NCBI GenBank assembly: GCA_948477625.1
Contig: CAOLNK010000001.1
Span: 63,946 to 127,945, forward strand
Direction of reading: 5' to 3'
DNA: 64,000 nucleotides
Source of the DNA: an uncultured Candidatus Saccharibacteria bacterium
Lineage (GTDB): Bacteria; Patescibacteriota; Saccharimonadia; Saccharimonadales; Saccharimonadaceae
This document shows positions 17,401 to 26,416 of the stretch, piece after piece. Numbering within the stretch: the stretch's first letter is position 1; the number at the start of each line of letters is the position of its first letter. A program made the translations under genes and the position numbers. The notes under the pieces are model-generated. The model did no database searches and was not told where the DNA came from. It saw nothing but the letters and a program-made list of their open reading frames with translations.

Positions 17401-17624
17401 TTCGTGCGCAGCGGGCACGTCTATCCAGTTAATACTGCTGGTACTTTCAGGGGCGCTGGCGGCATCTACTGGTCATCGCGAGCTGCTACCTACACCTCGT
17501 CCACTTCGGCTACGGCTTATTATCTGCAAGTTGAGTCGTCTGCTATCAAACCGTCCCACTCCAGCCATCGTTACACCGGTTTCCCCCTCCGCTGCCTTAG
17601 TACTGTATTAGATATGTAGAGTGG
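17401..17624 (+). repeat. lectin-like cassette copy C (identical to D)
   Basis: It encodes (V/M)RSGHVYPVNTAGTFRGAGGIYWSSR...GFPLRCLSTVLDM*. Its 224 nt equal the reverse complement of 28391-28614, checked by eye. Confidence 0.8.
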
Positions 17625-17639
17625 TATAATGTATATACT

Positions 17640-18587
17640 ATGCTAATCGATACACACTGTCATTTACACGACCCCGAATGGTTTACGCCCGAGCAATCGG
17701 AGTTGTTTTTGCAGGAAGCACGCGAAAACGGCGTGCAAAAGATTATCTGTATTGGCACCAATCCGCAGGATTCTTGGGATGCTCGCGACTACGCTAATGC
17801 GCATAATGACGTTTATTGGACTTACGGCATCCACCCCGAATTCTGTAGAAGCCCGAGAGAAGAAAATGTAGACATTTTCTTCCGAGGCGACGCCCAGAAT
17901 ATTGAGCAAAGCGAATTCGCCAGCCAGCCCGAAATGCTAGTGATGCCAGAATTATCGTCTTTTCGGGAATCTCCGGAGGTCAAGGTTACTGATGTTTGTC
18001 AAGAAAGATTAAAAGAGCGGTCAGCTGACCGCGAGGAACGAGAGCCCCGTAAAGACGGGCGCTCGAGTGGGTCTCTCAAGGCAAACGTTAGTAACCTTAA
18101 TAGCAGGTTGGTTGCCATCGGTGAAATCGGCCTCGACTACCATTACGACGGCTACGACCGCACCGCCCAAATTCGCCTTTTCGAGCAAATGCTTCAGCTT
18201 GCGCTCAACCTCAATCTTCCAGTTTCACTCCATATTCGTGAAGCCTTCAGTGACGCACTAGCCATTATCGATAATTTTCCGAAAACTCGTGGCGTGGTTC
18301 ACAGTTTCACTGGTTCTAAGCGCGACCTACGTCAAGCCTTAGAGCGTGGTTTTTACGTTGGTGTCAATGGTCTTTGTACCTACACCACTAACCCTTTACC
18401 CCCACTTGAAAAAATGGTCTTAGAAACCGATGCTCCCTTCTTGACTCCAATTCCGTTCCGTGGTACAATAAATAAACCAGGATATGTTAAAACTATTGCG
18501 ACATATCTCGCGGAAAAATTGGGTGTGGCAGAAGCAAACATAGTGGAGCAAACAACTCAAAATGCGAGAAACATTTTTCAAGTCTAA
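17640..18587 (+). CDS. tatD: TatD family metal-dependent hydrolase (with about 66-aa extra segment)
   Basis: N-terminal DTHCHL motif, plus GIHPE, AIGEIGLDY, HSF and ETDAP. A palindrome-rich extra segment is encoded at about 17850-18105. Confidence 0.85.
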   Translation: MLIDTHCHLHDPEWFTPEQSELFLQEARENGVQKIICIGTNPQDSWDARDYANAHNDVYWTYGIHPEFCRSPREENVDIFFRGDAQNIEQSEFASQPEMLVMPELSSFRESPEVKVTDVCQERLKERSADREEREPRKDGRSSGSLKANVSNLNSRLVAIGEIGLDYHYDGYDRTAQIRLFEQMLQLALNLNLPVSLHIREAFSDALAIIDNFPKTRGVVHSFTGSKRDLRQALERGFYVGVNGLCTYTTNPLPPLEKMVLETDAPFLTPIPFRGTINKPGYVKTIATYLAEKLGVAEANIVEQTTQNARNIFQV

Positions 18588-18686
18588 TCAAACCAGTATG
18601 AGCCGGGCTGAGGCCTACAATTTTTGCACTCCGGCTTCGGTGGAAGTTTATCGTGAGCTGATGGGCGTTGCTCAGGAGATCGAAAC

Positions 18687-19571
18687 ATGCCGTGCGTCAG
18701 TCTAGGTTCACGCAAAATTTACAAGGCCAAAATCATGAAATCCGGCGAAGGCTCAGTCAAGGCCACTGCGCCCGTTTGTGCGGCTGATTTATCGGCTATT
18801 AGTCAAGAAACTGAGAATCTAGTCAATATTGCCACTATTGCTGAAGAGGTTTTGCAATCCGAACAAATCCTCTCTAATCCGCAAACTGTACCGATTACTT
18901 CAGCTGGCGTCAAAGCTCCCAAGCAGCCACTTTACTACAAAGTTCAGTCTAATATTCTACGCCCAGCCCGCGCTAAAGCTTTGCGTCGTGCTGTGGTCAA
19001 AGCAATCAATAGTCCTGCGCACAAGGCCTCCAAAAATACTCATCCCATAAAAACTGATACCCTGCAAGTACTGCTCGACGGCACCAAGGTGCAAATTCGC
19101 GCACATCGGGCACCAGTTTCTCGCGTTGGTCAGAAAATCATCGATACTCCCGCCACCAAGACTCAAAAAACTCCGCGTCACTTCAAAAAGGCCCAAAAAC
19201 TTGCTCAGCGAGCGTCGGAAAGAGTCACTATCACCGCCCGTCAAATGCGCCGTCGTCCCAGTCGTGCTGAGCTTATCAATGCCGAGTCCAAACTTGGCAG
19301 CACCATTTTTGGTCCTGTGCCCACCGGTCATCGTCGCGAATTCTTCCATGACCGTGAGAATGTCTGGATTTGGCACGAAGACTGGCTCGATCACGAACAT
19401 CATGCACGCCAGCTCACCGTGCGCTACGAGGTTCGTCCCTCCGGTGTTTATAAAAAGATTTCCGCTGGCAAATATATCCAGCTCAAGGGCGCCGAGCTCG
19501 ACAACTTCCGCCAAGCCACCAAAGTTTATCTGCATATTATCAAGCAAAAACTCTACGCTCACGCAAAATAA
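18687..19571 (+). CDS. hypothetical basic protein
   Basis: 294-aa ORF with an uncertain start (an internal M at 18735 is possible). It is K/R-rich, and its C-terminal third is better structured. No family recognised. Confidence 0.4.
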   Translation: MPCVSLGSRKIYKAKIMKSGEGSVKATAPVCAADLSAISQETENLVNIATIAEEVLQSEQILSNPQTVPITSAGVKAPKQPLYYKVQSNILRPARAKALRRAVVKAINSPAHKASKNTHPIKTDTLQVLLDGTKVQIRAHRAPVSRVGQKIIDTPATKTQKTPRHFKKAQKLAQRASERVTITARQMRRRPSRAELINAESKLGSTIFGPVPTGHRREFFHDRENVWIWHEDWLDHEHHARQLTVRYEVRPSGVYKKISAGKYIQLKGAELDNFRQATKVYLHIIKQKLYAHAK

Positions 19572-19586
19572 AGTATAATTAGAGTT

Positions 19587-20783
19587 ATGATTTATCTAGA
19601 TCACGCCGCCGCTACTCCAGTTAGCGACAAGGCCCTGGCCGCTATGCAACCGTATTTTACAGAGGAATTTTTCAATCCCTCCGCACCATATCTTCCAGCC
19701 AAGCGCGTGCGCGAGGCTTACGAATCCGCCAAAGACCAAATCGCCCATTGTATTGGCGCAAAAGGTGTCGACCTCGTCATCACGGCGGGTGCCACCGAAT
19801 CGATCAATTTAGCCTTTACTGCGCGTCGTGGCAAATCTCTTGTGCTTGCCACCGAACATACTGCTGTCCTAGAAGCGGCAAAAACTGGAGATTATGACTT
19901 AATCTTGGTTGACAAAACTGGCTTAATTCAGCTTGATGACCTGAGCCAAAAACTCACCGACGAGGTCGACTTCATCTCAATTTCGCTCGCCAATAATGAG
20001 CTTGGTACGATTCAACCTTTAGCGGACATTGCTGAGATGATTCGTCAAACCCGTCAAGACCGGCTCGCGCGGGGAATCACTACGCCACTTTATTTTCATT
20101 CCGACGCTTCACAAGCCCTTAATCTCATGGATATTAGTGTGGCGCGCCTTGGGGTAGATTTGCTCACGCTCAACGCCGCTAAGTGTGGCGGTCCCAAAGG
20201 TGTTGGTGCGCTCTATCTCGCACATGGTGTCAAAATCTCGCCGCTTGCTGTGGGCGGCGGGCAAGAGCGTGGCCTGCGTTCGGGTACCGAAAATGTCCCG
20301 GGAGTAATTGGTTTTGCCACGGCCGCATCCGATGCTAAAACACACATCTCCTATCATCGCAAGCAATACCAAGAAATGGCCAAAGTTCTTCGTCAAGAAC
20401 TCGCACGTACCCCCATTGTAGCACAAGATATTGAAAAAGTCAAGCATAATCTTAATTTAGAAATATCACAACCACTTTTCCTTGGTAATCCTAAACACCA
20501 GTTGGCGAATTTTGTGCCGGTGTGTCTTCCGGGCATTGATGCCGAGCGTCTGATTTATAAGTTTGAGCAAGAGGGGATTTTAGTCTCCACCGGTGCCGCC
20601 TGTGCCGCAAACAAGGGAAGCAAATCACACGTTTTGGCTGCTATTGGTTTGAGCGATACTGAAATTTCCGGGTCGCTCCGCATCTCTCTCGGTAGCACCA
20701 ACAACCTCGGCCAAATCAAACAGGCTGCACAGATCATTGTCCGTATCGTAGTAGAAGAATATCTCCGGAGTGCGCATGCCTAA
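19587..20783 (+). CDS. cysteine desulfurase (NifS/IscS family, PLP-dependent)
   Basis: MIYLDHAATTP-like N-terminus, TAGATESINL, a PLP-lysine region (LNAAKCGGPKGVGALY) and RSGTEN. It is adjacent to mnmA. Confidence 0.85.
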   Translation: MIYLDHAAATPVSDKALAAMQPYFTEEFFNPSAPYLPAKRVREAYESAKDQIAHCIGAKGVDLVITAGATESINLAFTARRGKSLVLATEHTAVLEAAKTGDYDLILVDKTGLIQLDDLSQKLTDEVDFISISLANNELGTIQPLADIAEMIRQTRQDRLARGITTPLYFHSDASQALNLMDISVARLGVDLLTLNAAKCGGPKGVGALYLAHGVKISPLAVGGGQERGLRSGTENVPGVIGFATAASDAKTHISYHRKQYQEMAKVLRQELARTPIVAQDIEKVKHNLNLEISQPLFLGNPKHQLANFVPVCLPGIDAERLIYKFEQEGILVSTGAACAANKGSKSHVLAAIGLSDTEISGSLRISLGSTNNLGQIKQAAQIIVRIVVEEYLRSAHA

Positions 20784-21804
20784 AGTCTACCTCGGTATGT
20801 CTGGTGGCGTGGACTCGTCGGTTTCGGCCGTTCTCCTCAAGGAGCAGGGCTACGACGTCACTGGTGTCTATATGAAAAACTGGTCCAAAGACCTCCCCGG
20901 TATGAAATGCCCCTGGGCGGAAGACCTGGCCGATGCTAAGCGCGTGGCGGTGCAACTCGACCTTGATTTTGAAGTTTGGGATTTTGAGGCTGATTACAAA
21001 CAAAAAGTGGTTGATTATATGCTGGCCGAGTTCCAAAAAGGTCGCACGCCCAACCCCGATATTATGTGTAACGAGCAAATCAAGTTCAAACTTTTTTACG
21101 ACCGTGCTCTCCAAAACGGCGCTGACTTTATCGCGACTGGGCATTATGCTCGTACCGACGGCCAAAATCTCCTGCGTGCCGTGGACGAGAATAAGGATCA
21201 GACCTATTTTCTCTATCGCATGAGCAACGCTGCCACTGCCAAAACTATTTTCCCTGTGGGTGGCATGACTAAGCCCGAGGTAAAAGCGCTTGCAGCCGAG
21301 AAAGGCCTCGACGTCGCCACCAAAAAAGAGTCTATGGGAGTTTGTTTTGTGGGCGAAGTTGGTATGAAAGATTTTCTCAAAGAATTTCTAGACACTCATC
21401 CCGGCGAAATTCGCGATGTTGAAACTAATAAAATCCTAGGCTATCACGACGGTGCGATTTTCTACACTATTGGTCAGCGCCACGGTCTCTATCTGGGTGG
21501 CGGATTACCCTATTATGTGGTGAAAAAAGACCTTGCTCAGAATATCGTCTACGTTTCACGCAATCTTAACGACGCTAACCTCTGGAGCGACCGTCTGCAG
21601 CTGGAAAATATTCATCTTCGCACTAATCTTCCCGCTTCTGGCCAAGTCCAAGTGCGCCCGCGCCATCGCGCCCCACTAGTACCAGCAAAGTTGGAAGGCG
21701 AGGTTTTGATATTCGCCACCCCCATCAAGCGCCCTGCCGCTGGCCAATCTGCCGTTTTCTACGACGGCGAAGTCTGCCTGGGTGGCGGCATCATCGCTGA
21801 TTAG
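20776..21804 (+). CDS. mnmA: tRNA 2-thiouridine(34) synthase MnmA
   Basis: PP-loop (GMSGGVDSS), plus NPDIMCN and ATGHYAR. It overlaps the desulfurase gene's 3' end. Confidence 0.9.
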   Translation: MPKVYLGMSGGVDSSVSAVLLKEQGYDVTGVYMKNWSKDLPGMKCPWAEDLADAKRVAVQLDLDFEVWDFEADYKQKVVDYMLAEFQKGRTPNPDIMCNEQIKFKLFYDRALQNGADFIATGHYARTDGQNLLRAVDENKDQTYFLYRMSNAATAKTIFPVGGMTKPEVKALAAEKGLDVATKKESMGVCFVGEVGMKDFLKEFLDTHPGEIRDVETNKILGYHDGAIFYTIGQRHGLYLGGGLPYYVVKKDLAQNIVYVSRNLNDANLWSDRLQLENIHLRTNLPASGQVQVRPRHRAPLVPAKLEGEVLIFATPIKRPAAGQSAVFYDGEVCLGGGIIAD

Positions 21805-21827
21805 TTATCTGTGGTATAATATATTCT

Positions 21828-23726
21828 ATGAATGCAAACGAAATCCGCCAAAAATTTTTAGATTTTCAAGTTAAACACGGACATAAAGTTATCCCGCCTG
21901 CACCACTCGTGCTCGAAAATGACCCCACTACCCTCTTTACTGGTTCTGGCATGCAACCGTTATTGCCATATTTGCTCGGCCAGCCGCACCCCGAAGGTAC
22001 TCGCCTTACAGATAGCCAGCCATCTATGCGCTTGCAGGATATCGAAGACGTTGGTGACCCGCGCCATACTACAGTGTTTGAGATGCTGGGCAACTGGTCT
22101 TTGGGCGATTATTTCAAAAAGGAACAAATCGAGAATTATTTCGAGTTTCTTACCAAAGAAATTGGCCTCGACCCCGAGCGGATTTACGTCACTTGTTTTA
22201 TTGGCAACGAGAAATACGGCATCCCCAAAGATACCGAAGCTGCAGCAATCTGGCAAGAAGTTTTTGCGAAAGCTGGCGTCGAGGCTAAAATTGCCGAAAT
22301 CGGCTCCGCTAAAGTCGGCGACAAACGGGGAATTAAGCCCGGTGAGCGGATTTTCTTCTACGATGACAAAGAGAACTGGTGGAGCCGAGGCGGTGGCATT
22401 GAAACTACTCCTTTGGGCGATCCTTGCGGTCCTGATTCCGAAGTTTTCTATGACTTTGGTGAGGATAAGCAGGACGTGGAAAAATATGGCCAAGCTCACC
22501 CAGCTTCGGATGGTGCGCGGTTTATGGAAATTGGCAACCAAGTCTTTATGCAGTACAAACGCAACGAAGATGGTACCTTCTCTGAACTTGAGCACAAGAA
22601 TGTCGACTTTGGTGGTGGTTTGGAGCGTCTAGCAGCCGCAGCTATAGGTAGTTTTGACGTATTCAAGATTTCTTTAATGGCGCCAATTATTGCCAAACTT
22701 GAAGAAATTTCGCACAAAAGTTATGATACTAATACTGACGAAATGCGTATCATTGCCGACCACTTGCGTGGGGCTTATCTCTTAGCCGCCCAAGGTTTGC
22801 AACCTAGCAACAAGGCTCAAGGTTATGCTTTGCGTCGTTTGGTGCGTCGCGCTGTATTGAGAGCTCTCGACCTTGGCATCGGTCAAGAATTTCTTGCGCA
22901 AATCATCCCAGTGATTGCCGAAAATTACACCGAACTGTCTGATGATATCTTGCCAAACCGTGCTCAAGTGTTGGATGTGCTCACCAAAGAGGAAGTCGCT
23001 TTCCGCAAAACCATCAACAAGGGCGTCAAAGAATTGCAAAAAATGGCCCAAGCCGACACCACGATTGACGGTCAAGAATTGTTTAAATTGCAAGATACCT
23101 ACGGTTTCCCACTCGAGCTCAGCGTAGAAGAAGTTTACAAAATGGGCTTGAATTTGTCTAAAAACTATCAAGATGAGTTTGAGGCAGCATTGAATGAACA
23201 GCGCGAGCGCAGCAAGACCGCCTCCAAAGGCATGTTCAAAGGTGGCCTCTCCGATACGTCCGACCAAACCGTTAAATACCATACTGCTTGCCATCTCTTG
23301 CTAGCGGCTCTGCAGCAAGAAATTGACCCAAGCATTGAACAAAAGGGAAGCAACCTCACTCCGGAGCGTCTACGTTTTGACTTCAACATCGATCATAAGC
23401 TGACTCCTGAGGAATTAGCCAAAGTCGAGGCACGTGTTAATCAGTGGATTGAAGCTGATTTACCCGTAATCTTTGCTGAATACGACAAAGATTACGCCTT
23501 TGATGCGCTCCACGCGCACGGTAGTTTTCGCGACCGTTATCCAGATCGTGTTACGGTATATACTATTGGTGAGGGTGATACACCGGAAAATATCCAAAAT
23601 CCAGTTTCGATTGAAATTTGTGGCGGCCCGCACGTTACGCATACCGATGAGCTCGGTAAATTTAAGATTACCAAAGAAGAATCCTCCAGCGCCGGCGTCC
23701 GCCGCATCAAAGCGATATTGGAATAA
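21828..23726 (+). CDS. alaS: alanine--tRNA ligase (short form, no C-Ala domain)
   Basis: Class II AlaRS N-terminal motifs (FTGSGMQP and MLGNWSLGDYFK) and an editing-domain HxxxH...CGGPHV. At 632 aa it is shorter than the usual ~870 aa. Confidence 0.9.
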   Translation: MNANEIRQKFLDFQVKHGHKVIPPAPLVLENDPTTLFTGSGMQPLLPYLLGQPHPEGTRLTDSQPSMRLQDIEDVGDPRHTTVFEMLGNWSLGDYFKKEQIENYFEFLTKEIGLDPERIYVTCFIGNEKYGIPKDTEAAAIWQEVFAKAGVEAKIAEIGSAKVGDKRGIKPGERIFFYDDKENWWSRGGGIETTPLGDPCGPDSEVFYDFGEDKQDVEKYGQAHPASDGARFMEIGNQVFMQYKRNEDGTFSELEHKNVDFGGGLERLAAAAIGSFDVFKISLMAPIIAKLEEISHKSYDTNTDEMRIIADHLRGAYLLAAQGLQPSNKAQGYALRRLVRRAVLRALDLGIGQEFLAQIIPVIAENYTELSDDILPNRAQVLDVLTKEEVAFRKTINKGVKELQKMAQADTTIDGQELFKLQDTYGFPLELSVEEVYKMGLNLSKNYQDEFEAALNEQRERSKTASKGMFKGGLSDTSDQTVKYHTACHLLLAALQQEIDPSIEQKGSNLTPERLRFDFNIDHKLTPEELAKVEARVNQWIEADLPVIFAEYDKDYAFDALHAHGSFRDRYPDRVTVYTIGEGDTPENIQNPVSIEICGGPHVTHTDELGKFKITKEESSSAGVRRIKAILE

Positions 23727-23794
23727 TCCCATCAAAAAAGCAGGAGGCTTGACGATTTAGGGTTTTAGCGTTAGAATGGGAATATAAATTTGGA

Positions 23795-23884
23795 TTAGTT
23801 GTCCTTAGTCTTGTGGCTGAGGACAACTTTTACTTTAGATAATTCAGATAACTGAACATCCAAAGACAAAGCAATCTTCTTCAT
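23795..23884 (-). CDS. 29-codon ORF with strong SD; resembles an RHH/CopG N-terminus (possible antitoxin remnant)
   Basis: TAAGGAGAGG lies 5 nt before the ATG. The peptide is MKKIALSLDVQLSELSKVKVVLSHKTKDN, and the ORF ends inside a terminator hairpin. Confidence 0.2.
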   Translation of the reverse strand: MKKIALSLDVQLSELSKVKVVLSHKTKDN

Positions 23885-24026
23885 GCTCACCTCTCCTTAC
23901 TCTTAAAACTACTATTGGTATCGACCAAAAGTTACGTCTAGCCCCTGCCTACATCTATCCTATCATATTTGTTGTAAAAAGTACAACACTTTATCTCGTG
24001 TGCAAGGAGGAAAAGCGCTAATATTA

Positions 24027-24055
24027 TTGACAAAAAGCATAATCCGTGCTAAAAT
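24027..24055 (+). promoter_or_regulatory. consensus promoter P3 (TTGACA-17-TGcTAAAAT)
   Basis: The sequence class is shared with P1, P2 and P4. It drives a ~240-nt hairpin-rich leader. Confidence 0.6.
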
Positions 24056-24299
24056 GGAAGTATGGCATGAAGAATTATGTCATCGTATAACTAAAGTTTG
24101 ATTAGATCGCCATTTTACTGGTACCAGTATTTTTATGCTCACGAGACATAAAAATACCCCGACTTTAGTGTTTAATAACCTACTCAAGCGGCTTTGCCCT
24201 CCGTTTTTACTAAACAGTGTGGATCACCAGTTTAGCGAAAATAGAGGGCAAAGTTCAACAAAATTTGCCCAAAAATACACATCCCAAGGAGGAAATAAA

Positions 24300-24989
24300 A
24301 TGGGTAAATTTACCAATCTTGAGATTCACACCGAACCGGAAACTACGCTTTTCCCACAGGAAGTAAATGCTATCCTATCCGTAATTAATCAGGTGCTGGT
24401 AAGCCTTAGCGACCACTATCCTGTACGGGGAACGTTTATTTTGGACGGGCAGAAAACGGGCGAAGAAGCAAGATGTATCCTGCGCTTCGATTTAGAGGAC
24501 GGACCGGCGCCTTATACTATTGAGGCTACTAAGGACACCTCATCAGATGAATTGGCAGAAAGGGCGATTAACAGTGTTTTGTCTTGGCCGGAAAAATGGA
24601 CACCGTATCCGTATACCACCGAAGACGAGCAGGCCGGCCAATTTTCCAGCAAGGTGTATCGGCGGTCGGAGTTAAGAGTATTAGTCTTAAATACCACGCA
24701 CGGGCGCTTTCTGGCCAGTTGCTACATTGCCTTTTCTGAAGATACGCAAAACAAAAATATCGCTGTACTTAGTGCCGTAGCGGAAGTGCTTGCCCAGATG
24801 GGAAAAGAGGACGAAGGCTTGCAACAGTCAGTTCATCAACTCCGCAATTACTTTACTCCGGTCGATAAAGAGATTTCAACCCTGATTAATCGTCTATTTG
24901 ATGAGTGTAGTATACCGGAGCTGAGAGCATGGCGCGACTGGCATGAACCGGCAAACACGTCCGGCGATTTGACCTTATTTTTTGAGTAG
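24300..24989 (+). CDS. hypothetical cytoplasmic protein (229 aa)
   Basis: The start is chosen at MGKFTNLE, 7 nt after AAGGAGG. The in-frame upstream ATG at 24135 lacks an SD. No family recognised. Confidence 0.5.
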   Translation: MGKFTNLEIHTEPETTLFPQEVNAILSVINQVLVSLSDHYPVRGTFILDGQKTGEEARCILRFDLEDGPAPYTIEATKDTSSDELAERAINSVLSWPEKWTPYPYTTEDEQAGQFSSKVYRRSELRVLVLNTTHGRFLASCYIAFSEDTQNKNIAVLSAVAEVLAQMGKEDEGLQQSVHQLRNYFTPVDKEISTLINRLFDECSIPELRAWRDWHEPANTSGDLTLFFE

Positions 24990-24997
24990 GTATCGTA

Positions 24998-25030
24998 AAC
25001 TGTTCAGCCGTGAGGTTGAGCAGTTTTTTT
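24998..25030. terminator. terminator between convergent genes
   Basis: aactgttca / tgagcagtt stem followed by T7. It overlaps the stop of the minus-strand MFS gene. Confidence 0.55.
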
Positions 25031-26279
25031 ATTCGTCCGCTAGGCGCTCATCATAGCGCATTCGTGAAGCCGAATGGCGCACACTTCGGCGATGATGCCG
25101 CAGATGTACCAAATAGAATGCCACTCCAATCTGCACTACTGTAATAATCGACGACGCGCCCAGAATAAAACCAATCCCAAAATCATACATTACTCCGCAG
25201 AGCAACATACCCATCGCTTCGCCCGCAAAACTCATCACATGCTTAATTGTGCTGTAGCTCAGCTGATGTCGATTGTCTACCAGGTTGATATAACAGCCAT
25301 CAGTCACATCCTCGTAGGCGGTCGAAATCAGAATTGACCACGTAAATGCAATCATCGAAATGAACGGGTCTTCCGCCACAATTGCGATAATATATGCCAG
25401 CAGGCGAATGCCAAATTTGAGAGTTAGTGTAAGATAATCATTCTTGGGTGTAAAATATTTCAGCGCCAGCACGCCCACCACATCCGAGAGGATTCCCACA
25501 ATCAGCAGATAATTCGTGGCCGTCCCAGCCGAAAACTCCAAGTAATTTGTGAGCACCAGCATTTTTAACCCTAGCGCTGCCGCAAATGACATCGCCGCAA
25601 GAAACGCATAAATCATGTAGCAAACCTGCAACTTACTCTTGAGCACATATTTCAAAATCGAATCGTTCCGTGGCGTCTCTTTTTCGGTTGGCTTCACTTT
25701 GAAGCTCGACATCGTGAGGACGGCCAGACTTAGAAAAATTACTGAAATTACCAGACAGGCATTATAATCAATCAGGCTACCGAACACCGTTTGCCCTAGC
25801 ATCACGCCACCCACCAGCACACCTATGTCGCGAAACCAATATTCCACCAACTTGCGCTTGCTATAGATTTCGTTATTTTTAATTACAACCGTGATTAATG
25901 GGTAGACACTCGCCACAATTAGATAACTTGTAATTACATCCACTACTGTGCAGATACTCATCGCCCAAAAATTTACACTGGCGTCTAGCCCGCGCAAGAC
26001 CAGCAAATCTACCAATTTTATCCCGAGAACGATGGTCATAAAGGCCTTGAGGTGGCGCATTTTCAGGCGATACCCCACAAAAATCACGCCCACTACACTC
26101 AGCATCAAGCCAACACTAGTCATGATACTTACGTCCGCGGCGGTAAAACCATTGTCCTGCAACCAAAGTTGGCGAAAATTCTCCCACAGCCCCACTGAGG
26201 TACTAAAAAACGCCAACATCGCCAGAATCTTGCGCTCTAGCATGGTTTTCTTGGATGGACGCCGACTGGTTTTCTTCAT
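25029..26279 (-). CDS. MFS-type transporter
   Basis: 416 aa with about 12 hydrophobic helices and a basic N-terminal segment. Confidence 0.7.
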   Translation of the reverse strand: MKKTSRRPSKKTMLERKILAMLAFFSTSVGLWENFRQLWLQDNGFTAADVSIMTSVGLMLSVVGVIFVGYRLKMRHLKAFMTIVLGIKLVDLLVLRGLDASVNFWAMSICTVVDVITSYLIVASVYPLITVVIKNNEIYSKRKLVEYWFRDIGVLVGGVMLGQTVFGSLIDYNACLVISVIFLSLAVLTMSSFKVKPTEKETPRNDSILKYVLKSKLQVCYMIYAFLAAMSFAAALGLKMLVLTNYLEFSAGTATNYLLIVGILSDVVGVLALKYFTPKNDYLTLTLKFGIRLLAYIIAIVAEDPFISMIAFTWSILISTAYEDVTDGCYINLVDNRHQLSYSTIKHVMSFAGEAMGMLLCGVMYDFGIGFILGASSIITVVQIGVAFYLVHLRHHRRSVRHSASRMRYDERLADE

Positions 26280-26416
26280 ATTTCTTCAAAAATGTTTGTT
26301 TGAATGACCTTTTGCCACCATTTTAGCATAAAAGTTATGGTTGTAACAGGTTTTTTATACAACAAAAACTCCCCAGTCCGCCATCTTTCGATTTTGAACT
26401 GGGGTTTCTTGCCTGC

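Noticed and set aside
21960-22595. Long antisense or alternative-frame ORFs inside well-supported genes. Examples are 21960-22595 and 21919-22632 in alaS, 15674-16228 in typA, 48770-49348 in uvrA, 62460-63023 in pyk, 13256-13846 over the pilin/rbr genes, 18957-19562, 11855-12325 and 22782-23294.
   Set aside because: They lie opposite to or out of frame with genes that have clear family motifs, their composition is low-complexity or Arg/Ser-rich as is typical of antisense frames, and they have no expression signals.
24135-24299. The longer 284-aa version of the 24300-24989 gene, starting at ATG 24135.
   Set aside because: There is no SD before 24135, and that ATG lies within predicted leader hairpins. 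AAGGAGG sits at ideal spacing before ATG 24300. The longer form cannot be excluded without N-terminal data.
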